A DNA stretch of 64,000 nt from Lama guanicoe (Eukaryota). This document shows, piece after piece, positions 14,111 to 24,625 of this stretch. The position numbers were made by a program, and so were the translations under genes. The stretch is from positions 4,403,992-4,467,991 of the forward strand of contig MU053561.1 of the NCBI GenBank assembly GCA_013239625.1. The letters are read 5' to 3'. Numbering within the stretch: the stretch's first letter is position 1; each line of letters opens with the position of its first letter. The notes beneath the pieces were generated by a model, which made no database searches, had not been told where the DNA came from, and saw nothing but the letters and a program-made list of their open reading frames with translations.

Positions 14111-14631
14111 GCATGATTCCCTTTCATCTTTCTGGTGATTCTTTCCCCATCCTCGGACAGTTTCCTAATATTCTTGTGCTAATCAGTACTTGATTAAAGA
14201 ATTTAGAGGGACATTCTGCAGATCCTGGAACTACGGTGAGGCAAGAGAGATGTCCAGGGCACAAAATTTAAGGAGGCCCTCACTCTCAGGCTGAAGCAAG
14301 CACTAAGAGTGAGTGCCTCTGAAGTCTGCAGTCTGGGCATCTCTCTTCCTGGGCATCTCTCTTCCTTCCCAGCCATGCCCAGACCTCCAGCACACTCTCA
14401 TTCTGTCCCTGCACCGTCTCTCTCTCTCTGTCTTCCTCTCCCAGGCTTCTTTCTCTCCAGTATTCTACACTAAGACCTCTGGGATGTTGTGAAGAGAAAA
14501 TGCACTAATATCTGTAAATGTTTATTACATGCCTAAAACATAGAAAGTGCTCAGTAAATGTTTATTATTGTTAAGCCTATTATTATTAAAAGATTTTTTT
14601 GTGCATTTTGGTGGATACATTTGACTTACAT

Positions 14632-14815
14632 TTTTTTTCTAATTTTTTAATTTCTTTTTTCTTTTCTTTTTTTGGGAGGGGGAGATAATTAGGTTTATTT
14701 ATTTATTTATTTTTATACTTTACTATTATTATTTTTTTAACAAAGGTACTGGGGATTGAACCCAGGACCTCATGCATTCTAAATACATGCTCTATCATGG
14801 AGCTATACCCTCCCC
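14632..14815 (-). mobile_element. tRNA-derived SINE, camelid Vic-1 type
   Basis: Reverse strand reads GGGGAGGGTATAGCTC...GGTCCTGGGTTCAATCCCCAGTACC (A/B boxes), then TAAATAAACCTAATTA.CTCCCC and an A tail. Confidence 0.8.
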
Positions 14816-15780
14816 ACCTGGTTTAAGTTTTGTTGTTACTTTTTTTCTATCTAACAAAGATATTCCATTAAATCAAATGACCAAAGTATCTCTGAAGCAC
14901 TTTTTAAAGGGAAAAAAAATCTAATGACATCTGAAAAATGTTCACATTGTTTAAGAATTACATATTATGATCCCAAACCTTTATTAAAAGCATATATAAT
15001 CTTATAATTGGAAAAGCTGAAACTTTGGTATCAGTCCAATGGAGGAAGCCAACAACATACTTACTACTAACCCATTTGGGAGTAACAAAGCTAAAGTTAT
15101 AACCCTGCCAGTACTCCCCACACATACATATACCACTCATAAGTAGAAAAAAAGAAATAAAGAAATAAAGCAAGCATGCTTACTTAATCCAACTTTCCAA
15201 TTCATTAAAAATTGAAGCCACTGTCTTCTTGGGAATTGTGGTTTATACTGTGTATGAAATTTAAAACTTAATGTTTCACTGACTTTGCCTCCACTTGTGC
15301 TCCCAAGACTCCTACCTTCCAGCAAAATTTACACTCATATTTATGGGTCCTAAAAAAATGCATTACATGTGATAACAGACAGGACCAGTCAAAGGCTATC
15401 TGGAATCCATGTTGTTTTGCCCCTTCTGTCCACTAAAAGTAATAATCTCTACTAGGTGTTTTCTACTGGATGGTTCTGCCTCTATCAAGCACCACTACGA
15501 CCTCAGTTGGGTATCAGTCCATCTATCAGGTACTATGTCCTTGGTCCACTGCCTTCTACTTCAGCTGGGCCTCATTACTGATTCCCAAAGACCTCACTCT
15601 ATTCCATTGCTAGTACTACAGTTTGTCTCTAAGAAGCTGAACTATGCTACAGAGAATTGTAAAATCATGGAGACTGTGCCACCACAAAAGTATAATTTCT
15701 AATTTTATAGTCAGACTCCTAACATGTCTCATTTATCTTTAACCACTAGTACCTCTCCTATGAGAGACTGCAAATCTTCC

Positions 15781-16223
15781 ACGGTAGATTGTGAAAATGG
15801 GCACACATTCCTTCCCTCCCATAAAGAAGTGGAGTCTATTTCTCCACCCCTTGAAGGTGGGTTGGCCACATGATTTGCTTCAGCCAGTGACTCACTGCAG
15901 CATACACGAGTAAGCAGAGATGAAAAAAATACTTGCAAGTCTGGGCTTGTCCCATAGGTACGTGAACAAGCCATGGTTATGTTACTACAGGATGAGAGAC
16001 AGATGACCCCCATCATTCCAGCTGACAACTGGCCTACCACCAGACATGTGAGTGAGTACATCCAGGACCAGCTAGCCCCCTGCCAGCCAATCAGTTCTAA
16101 CCAAAATCAGCTGAGCTGAACCCAGACCAGAAGGACTACCCAGCAGGCTCATGAACAAAGTAAATGATTGTTGTTTTAAGCCACTAAGTTCTGGGGTAGT
16201 TTTTTATGCAGAAATTAATTAAT
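15781..16223 (+). mobile_element. MaLR LTR (MLT1 family)
   Basis: gaagtggagtctatttctccaccccttgaa ... tgttgttttaagccactaagttctggggtagttttttatgca, typical MLT1 termini. Confidence 0.75.
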
Positions 16224-17900
16224 ACCCTTTGATTCACTTCAGTAATTACCTTATTCCAAGCCTTTGCACCATTTAATGACCACCCCCACTACCATTCTCA
16301 GCAGCTGACTTTACCTCTTTTTCCAAAGAGAGACACAGAGGTACTTAACTCCCCACCCTGCCCTAATGCCACACTACAGCATAGTGGTAAAAAGTACTGA
16401 TTCTGAAGCCAGATTCCCAACTCTTATCTTGGCCCTCGAAGGTATAAGCAGTAAAAGACGTAGACAAAATTGCATGTTCCTTCCCTGTTAAAGTAGGAAT
16501 AATGATAATGCCTACCTCATAGGGTTGCTGTGAGAATTATAACTTAAAGCTTTTAGATCATTTCATTGCACATAGTAAAGGTTCTAAAAATATAAGCTAC
16601 TATTATTTTTATTGTGTACTGGCCAGTAATCCAGAGCTTGATTTTTTAACAGCTTTATTCACATACCATATTTATTCATATTCATATATAAAATTAATGC
16701 ATTTAAAGTGTACATTTCAGTGTTTTTTTAGTATATTCAGAGTAGTGCAACCATCACCATAATCTAATTTTAGAATATTTTAATCATCCCAAAACAAAGC
16801 TTGATTTTCAAGACCTGAAATACTAAGGTGGCTCTGAGCCAAATCTTTGAGGAAAGGCCAAGAGTCCAACAGGGAAGACCAAGTATTGATGACAGTCCAA
16901 TGAGCAGGAGCAGAAGTGTAAACAAGAAGTGAAGCCAAGAGTCAGAGTCAGAGAGACACAGGAATGGAGAGGAAATGAGACTGAGTGCTTAGACACAAAC
17001 AGCACTACACTGCCTCCAGCTAACACTATCACGCATGCCAGACTGGCTTGAAGGTATAGCGTTAGGGGAAGCTTCTCACCCCCTACATTCAGACCTACCC
17101 TGTCAAGGCTGGCAAAGCCAGGGCTTGCCCCAGATTTCTGCCTTCTGACATATCCTGATAAGCTTTAGTCAAGGTTCTCTGAGTTACAAGTATAAACTCA
17201 AATGTCCCCAACTTCTCCAGAATTGAGGTGATCACCTTTCTCTTTAATGTCCAGCTAACATAGTCTAAGCCCTCATCCTACGTGACCTCAGCGACTTTTG
17301 TCCACTCCCCAAGTATTTCTAAGATTCCTTGGGAAATGCTTACATGTTCCACAAATATATCCTTATTTCTTGCCATCTCTTACTCCAGACTACTGCCCTG
17401 TGTTTCTCAAAAGATCTCTTCTTACTATCTGAAAATCATTTCAACATCCTGCCAGGGGTATCCCCTCATCACTTTGCCCCAAGTGTAGATATAGGGGCCT
17501 CCCTAAAATCCCTAAGTACAGCTAACCTGAGGCTTTATTGTTTATAAATGTAACTGCTGACTCAAAGATAAAAGGGACTGTAATGTGGGAAAAGATGATT
17601 ATTTAAAACAAAATGTTAGTTATCATTGCCCTAGAATCTGCTGGTAGTACTTTAATCCCAGAGGGTTTCCTACCAGTGATCTTTCTCCTTATCCTTCAGT
17701 TGGCCACAGTGTTGTAGAATGATGGCTCTCCTCCCAAAGTCAAGGGTCACTTTAACATTATCTTTTCCTTCCCAAGGCATGAGCTCTCATTCTTTTTCTC
17801 AGACCCAGAGAAAAGGCTGGCCTCTACTCCAGGGCCACATTTCCTCCTCAAGGATTACTGATGGTAGGAACAAGCGCTGAATTCAAGAAAGATCTCCTAT

Positions 17901-18192
17901 GCTTCCATATCTTGGCAATTATAAATAATGTTGCTATCAATAGTGGGGTGTATGTATATTTTTTGATTAATTCTTATTTTGTGGTTGGCTTTATTCCTTT
18001 GATAACTATGCAAGTTTAAAAAACTAAAGCTCCAAACATTCTTAGAAATGATGAACAATACATATATGTAAAATTTTTTAATGTGCAGTATATTGTGTAT
18101 ATGTACTTACATGCACTGTATTGTATATGTGCAGTCAAATTAGAACAATTCTACCTAATGAAACTGAAAAATGAAAAAAAAAAAAAAAAAAA
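17901..18192 (+). mobile_element. Young LINE-1 insertion with 5' inversion and long poly(A)
   Basis: TSD AAGAAAG[A/G]TCTCCTAT at 17885-17900 and 18193-18208; first 70 bp or so antisense L1 text; about 21-nt poly(A). Confidence 0.7.
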
Positions 18193-18989
18193 AAGAAAGG
18201 TCTCCTATTTCCTGCCATCCAAAGTATGATATGGACCCTGGCTCTGGGAAGCCAATCCATAATTGACCATATAGTTTCCAAAGTCTGACTTATTCAACCT
18301 TGACTAGAACCACATGTGGTTCACTGACTGACACTGACTGAGAGTGTTCTACTCAGACACTGCCAAATCAGACCCAGTCCAGTTCCTCTTCACACACTTT
18401 CTTCCAAGTTATAATGAAAAGAATTTTGAACGTTCATGTTCCTCTTGAAACCATTCTCCCAATCACTTATAAACAAATATTTATACCAAAGATATGAACA
18501 ATCCCAAAGAAAAATAATGCTTATATTCTGTCATAGAGTGGCCTAAGTCTGGAAATATGAAGAAAACAATTAACTGTATGCTGCCAGTTTTATAAAAAAT
18601 GCAATTATGTATAAAAGATGCACATAATTCATACTATTAAATTAAACATTTATCATCTCAAAATGAAGAATATAATTAATTTGGGTTTTTTTCACCTGGT
18701 CAGGACTCTCTCCAAAATGACAAGTATTATTACCCATTACTCAACATCCTCAAGAGTAAAAGGGATTGCAAAAAAACCTGTAGAACAATTATAAGCTTCA
18801 TTACACAATGTAGATACTGTCTACTGTCCTTAAAATGAAATTATTTCCAGCTCACATGATTAGGTCATGTCTAGTTTGATCAGCTGTGATCAGGGGCAGG
18901 ATCATAAGAGCCCACAACCCCTTAAATTCTCATCTAAAATCCAAAAATTTCTGAAATTTTTTTTTAATGCTAAACATTTTACCTTTTAC

Positions 18990-19810
18990 TGTGTATTTTA
19001 TTTTTATTGAAATAACATCGATTTATAACATTATATGAGTTTCATGTGTACATTTTATTTTTACTTCTGTGTATCCTACAATATGCTCATCACCAAAAAT
19101 TTATTTTCCATCCATCACCATACAGTTGATCTTCATTACCCATTTTGTCCTCCCCCACCCTCTTCTTCCCTCTACCACTACTCTGTTCTCTGTATCTACA
19201 TGTTTGTTTTTGTTTGGTTTGTTCATTTGGTTTTGTTTGTTCATTAATTTTCCACATACGAGTGAAACCATATGGTATTTGTCTTTCTCCATCTGACTTA
19301 TTTCACTTGGCATATAACCCTCAAGGATGATCCATATTGTTTCAAATGGCAAGATTTCATCTTTTTATGGCTGAATAGTATTCCATTGTATACATGTACC
19401 ACATCTTCTTTATCCATTCATTCACTGATGGGCACAGGCAACCAAATTAAAAATAGGTAATTTGGACCACACCAATATTAAAAAAATTTTTGTGCTTCAA
19501 AAAGTACCATCAAGAAAGTGAAAAGACAACTACAAAATGAGAGAAAATATTTGCAAATTATATATTTGGTAAGGGTCTTAAATGCAGAATATACAAATAA
19601 TTATTATAATTCAGCAAAAAGATTAATAACCCAACTTTCAAATGATCAAAAAGTTTGTATAGACACTTCTCCAAAGAAGACACACCAATGGCCAATAAGT
19701 ACATGAAAAGATGCTCAGCATCATTAGTCATTTAAAGGGGTGAAATCTATCACACATGAATTATATCTCAATAAAGTTAGTACTAAAAAATAACAAAACA
19801 AAACAAAAAA
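18990..19810. mobile_element. LINE-1 fragments: minus-strand 3' end (about 18990-19435) joined to plus-strand ORF2/3' pieces (19436-19810)
   Basis: ORF 19101-19352(-) resembles L1 ORF2 end (EISQMEKDKYHMVSL); plus strand catcaagaaagtgaaaagacaac and catgaaaagatgctcagcatcattagtcatt. Confidence 0.8.
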
Positions 19811-20174
19811 CCTGACCTGAGTTTTTTTGGTGGCCTAAACCAAGTGAGGTTATATATAGTCTTCTATATCCATAATAAATGAATATTCACATGTTTGTTG
19901 CAGAAATCTGTGTTTAATTATGAGTACTTCCCCAGCCCTTGCCAGGAGTGTTATATAATATATACTACATAGATCTTATTACTTTTCTTAAGTCTTAATT
20001 TTCTGAATCTCAGAGCATACCATGCCTTAAGGTTTTGAATAATGAATTCTGGACTTGTATAATAAAAATATAACTTAAGGAAAATGGTCAATATCAGAAA
20101 AGTTTGAACTAGATAGAGTATACTAAAGCTCTCTAATGCATAAGGCATTGCTTGGAGAAAATTTAAGAATCTAA

Positions 20175-20272
20175 CCCATAGGGTAATTGTGAGGATTAAA
20201 TAATTTAATTACTATAAAGTCCTTAGAACAGTGACAGGCACAGAGTAAGCACTTAATAAATATCAGTATTGC
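20175..20272 (+). mobile_element. MIR SINE 3' part
   Basis: catagggtaattgtgaggattaaat...cttagaacagtgacaggcacagagtaagcacttaataaat matches the MIR core/3' end. Confidence 0.8.
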
Positions 20273-20279
20273 CATCATT

Positions 20280-22400
20280 CTGGCTGAAATGGGAGTTTGG
20301 TTCCAATGACATCTCTTCCGGACCTACCCCTTTCCATCAAACCAGTGTTATGGGATGGTTATGGTGCCATAGAACTAGTATATCATCCACTGTAAACTTC
20401 AGCTTCTCGTGTCAAATAAAGGGGGGCAGGGACAGGACTTAGGCCTCCAGAGGCACAGCAGAGAATAGTAGTAAGAAAAGTCCACAGGGTAGCATAATAA
20501 GAGGTAGAATTCAATAGAGTTGATTACTTCCGTGGCTTTTGAATGGACCTAAAAAGTTTTCCAGATTTCAATAGGAACAGACTTATGAGTATATAGTAAG
20601 AAGAGAATTAGATAGAGAATTCCACTAGCTTGTCTCTCCTATAGGCCAGTGCCTGTTGTGTATATTTAGTGCTTCTCCTTTCATAATGTAGATACCCTGG
20701 AGGGTTGTGGTTCAGATGGTGTGGGGAAGTGTAGGAGAGCAATAATTGCATGGAATTGTGGTTTTAGTAGAAGAGTATATTAAAACATTGCTTGCTAATT
20801 CTGCAATGGTGAGGTAGGTGGGCCAGCAGTGTTGTCAATAGGAGATGTGGTAGGGAGATTCTCTTCCAGAATCTGATTGACATAATCTGTTTGGCAAATG
20901 ATTCTTTAAGTGATTGGCAGGGGACATACAGACACATAGATAAAGGGCTTTGATGCGATTACCAGAGTCATAATAAATCAGTAGGATATTTCTGGAGATA
21001 ACTCTGAAAAACAGTGGAGATGACTACATCAATCAAAAATCTAGAATATAAGCCTTTGGTTAAGGACCATTTCCACTATCAAAATACGGAGGTTGGGGGC
21101 AAACAAAAACAGTCTATTAAACATTCCAACTAGGGCTGAACAGCTATAGAGTGTTCAAGGAAGACACTTTCTCAGGGAGTCTAAGCTGTTTTTGTCAAGC
21201 TTATACACAACTATACATTCACCAGTTCTGGCTACATTTATAACATGAAAGTTAAAACTTGAATAAAATTGCCCATCTCATCTGGTTCAGGCTAAGCATT
21301 CTCATTTTTTTCTTAGTTGTTCTGAGCCAAGGTGGTTAAAATTTATCATCTCAGGGTGCCAGACTCTTTCCAAATAATTCTGAAGATGGCTTACTGTCTT
21401 ATAATTCCCAGTTTCCTGGTTTGCCACAACCAATGCTAGCTTCCTTGTGAAGGCATGATAGTGACTTGTAGAGTAGATCTTTAACATCCTGAGTGATGAA
21501 TCCTGATACCTATATGATATTCCAAATTTGAAAAGATGACTCTAGCATATAATTTTCCCTGCAAAATGAGTACAAATCACACAGGCAACAATAAAACAAG
21601 GCCCATGCAGATGTTCTATAAGCCAACTGACTAGCTAAGCAAAAATCCTACACACTAGTTTGTAGCAGCCAAATTACCATATGTCATGAACTGTCACAAT
21701 CATTTGAGAATATTCAGAGCATGAATGCTAAATCTTCAAAATGCAAGAATCTACCATCATGTGCTTCTCCATACAATGGAAGGGGACCTGTCACATTGTT
21801 GGATGTATGTTTCCCTAATGTAGGGACACAGCGAATCAGCCAGGATCAGGTAAAAGTGGCAAAATTTTTGAATTTTCAGAACTCAGTGCCCACCCATTTA
21901 GGTGGGTCCATGTTACATAATGAGCCATTTACAATCTTATCCATGTTTTGTTGAATATTCAGGAGACTTTGGAGCCAGCGTGGCATTTCACTTTGACTCT
22001 TAACAAAAGGTGGGACTCTATATATACTGGGATTCGTATCCCACTTAGCTCAGTGTTTCTGCTGACAAATAACTCCATAACTTCGTAATGCTTAAAAATA
22101 CTATCTCTGATTTTTTTATATCAGTCAACTGGTCTCTCTTTCTTTTCACTTTACAATTCCAGAAAAGGAAGGAGAACACTGTGGGAGTTATACAGGCCTG
22201 AGGGGAAGTAGAAGAGGAGATTAGGGTAGATTGTGGGGAAAAAAAAATACAGGGAAGACATATATAGATCCTGACCACTTTTCTCTAAACTGAAGTCCCA
22301 GATTAAAGTCCAGAAAAGAAAGATATTTTGTCCTGCTTTTGAGACTCTGTGCAGATGTAAAGTATTCCATGCCCCTATTATTATTTCTTCTAGTTAAATT
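20280..22400 (-). mobile_element. Decayed Ty3/Gypsy (chromovirus, sushi-like) pol: RT - RNase H - integrase - GPF - chromodomain
   Basis: Minus-strand translation across frameshifts: AFTRKL...NYLERVWHPEMINFNH (21302-21487); RMLSLNQMRWAILF/FNFHV (about 21236-21302); QTDYVNQILEENL (20855-20893); WPTYLTIAELASNVLIYSSTKTT (20757-20825); FLGPFK/TEVINSIEFYL (20495-20555); FTVDDIL...LV*WKGVGPEEMSLEP (20286-20396). Order matches Ty3/Gypsy pol. Confidence 0.85.
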
Positions 22401-22504
22401 TGAACTCCTCAGGTCTGTTCTCTCATACAATGCTAATTAAAGAAATTCCAGACCCGAGCCTTTTAAATGCAAGTTTACTTAACTAACATGTACTTGCAAA
22501 AAGC

Positions 22505-22620
22505 AATCTCAGAAAGAGCCAGAGATGCTGCTAAACATCCTACCATTCACAGAATAGCCCCTACAGCAAGGAATTATCTAGTCCAAACAGTCATTAGTGC
22601 AGAGGTTGAGAAACCCTGCT
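22505..22620. mobile_element. MER20-like hAT DNA transposon fragment
   Basis: gccagagatgctgctaaacatcctac...agtgcagaggttgagaaaccctg resembles the MER20 terminus. Confidence 0.7.
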
Positions 22621-22814
22621 TTCACCTCTAAAAATCATCTATATGACAGGGAATATATGGGAACTCACAGTACTTACCCCTCAATTTTGCTGTGAACTTA
22701 AAACTACTCTGAAAAATAAAGTTTATTAATTTAAAAAAATCATCAATATCTCTGAGTGATTGTTTGGTGATAACATTGTATTTGCCATAGTAAGAATGTT
22801 ATAATTATCATTCA

Positions 22815-23648
22815 TGAAAAGCACTGCAGAATTTCCTTTTCAAATCAAAACAGGACCATGGGCTCTTCCTTCTTCTCCCATATGCATGGGGAAAAAAAAA
22901 CTCATGACTTGGCTAGACTTCTTTTTAAACAAAGAGTTTGCTAATCTGTGTCTCATTCTAATTAAGAGGACGACTCCTTGCCAGCTGCTCCCCCACACCA
23001 ACCACTGCTGCTGCAGCCATAGAGAAGAAGGAATGGTAATTACAACATGGAAGACACCCAGAAGTTCCCACAGGCCTCTAAGAAGATAAGAATAGTAGCT
23101 AAGTATTTGACTAGGGAGCTTACCAGAGGAGTTCACTGCAGAATCAAGAGGTACCAAAGTTATCCCATAGCTCAGGACTCTAAGGAGCACTGGCTGAGCC
23201 AGGGACCAAATGGGAGGTACAGCCCTAGGGAGATACTAGTTCTGTAAACCCCTCCCCACCACACCACGTGGTCAGAGAGGACTACCAGGTCCTAAATGAA
23301 CCTGGAGAGGGTAAATTAGACTTGCTGAGAGATGGAGCCAGACCAACTACCCCTGCCACAAGGTTGTCGGTGAGGGAAGGGCACTCTTTGCCTTAACACC
23401 AAATACCCATACTCCATCGTGGATCAGAGTGGCGAGGGGGAAGGAAATCTGAAAGACTGAATTATACGTAAGAATCTGACTTATTTAAAGAAATTACTTA
23501 ACTAGACTCAAGTAAAAGCCAGGTTTTCCCCCCTATCATCTAATGGAGTAGGTATGGGGACTCACAAGAAAATGCAGACTATAGAAAATAAGCTACAGTT
23601 TCTTACACATCTATATAGTAAATGTAAATTTGTGACTCCACTGAACAC
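22815..23648 (+). mobile_element. Old solo LTR, MamGypLTR-like
   Basis: 3' end aaaataagctacagtttcttacacatc...gtaaatttgtgactcc...aca resembles recalled MamGypLTR 3' ends; 5' boundary uncertain. Confidence 0.45.
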
Positions 23649-24143
23649 ATTTTTACATATTGACCAAAATTTGTCAGCATACTTGACAACAATTTGGAGC
23701 CCAAAAGAACAATTGGAGTGAATGAAGAAATATTTTTAAAATAAGCAAATAGCCAGTTCCATTAAAATAAAAGTACAATTACCTACCCTTTGGTCCCACA
23801 TTTACTCCATCACCTTTAATAGGACTTTGGGGCTGCATTTACCTATCTTCCCACTCTGCCCAGTAAGCAGCTTCAGCATCCCATGTCTAAGCCAGCAGGA
23901 GGTACTTTGGATTTCATAACTACAACCCCCCATCTTGTTGTCTCCCCCAACATTTTGATAATACCAAAAATTTCTGTTTTTTGGATTCTCTCTTACTAAT
24001 CTGAATGAGATTAAGCCTTTTGTTTACTTAAAAAAATCCACCGGTCACAGCTTTTGTTTATTTGTTTTTCATCTCCATACGTGAAAAAGAGAATAGTACC
24101 AATGATGTGCTTCTCATTTCATTAAAAAAAAAAACTATATGTG

Positions 24144-24625
24144 TGTATCAGTGTCCTAGGGTTGTCATAAGAAATTACCACTGGGTGGCTTAAAACAACA
24201 GAAACGTAATCTGTCACAATTGTGGAGGGCAGAAGTCTGAAATCAAGGTGTCAGTAGGTCTGACACCCTTTGGAGGCTCTGAGGGAATCCATTCCATCCC
24301 TCTCTCCTAGCTTCTGGTGGCTGTAAGCAATTCTTGGCATTCCTTGGCTTGTAGAAACATCACTCCAATCTCTGCTTCCATCTTCCCATGACCTTCTTCC
24401 CTATGTGTCTCTGTTTGTCTTCTCCTCTTCTGTCACTTTTAAGGACATATGTCATTGGACTTAGGGTTTACCATAACCCAGGGTGATCTCATCTCAAGAT
24501 CCTTTTTGTAATTACAAGTGCAAAGATTCTTTTTCCAAATAAGGTCACATCTACAGGTACTGGGAGTGAGGGCTTGGAAATATCTTTTTTTTTTTTTTGG
24601 AGGGGGACACAATTCAACCCACTAC
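24144..24625 (-). mobile_element. MaLR LTR (MLT1A-D-like)
   Basis: tgtatcagtgtcctagggttg...ctgggtggcttaaaacaacagaaa...gggggacacaattcaacccactaca. Confidence 0.85.

Noticed and set aside
14333..14366. Tandem duplication of CTGGGCATCTCTCTTC
   Set aside because: Ordinary local slippage duplication, two copies only
21500..21900. Expected RT catalytic YxDD motif of the Gypsy fossil
   Set aside because: No convincing match in any frame; region is too decayed or deleted, so the RT assignment rests on weak flanking motifs
22730..22788. Minus-strand ATG GCA AAT ACA (MANT), like the recalled start of mouse NR1H5
   Set aside because: Similarity ends after about 4 codons, the frame closes quickly and it sits between repeats; likely chance
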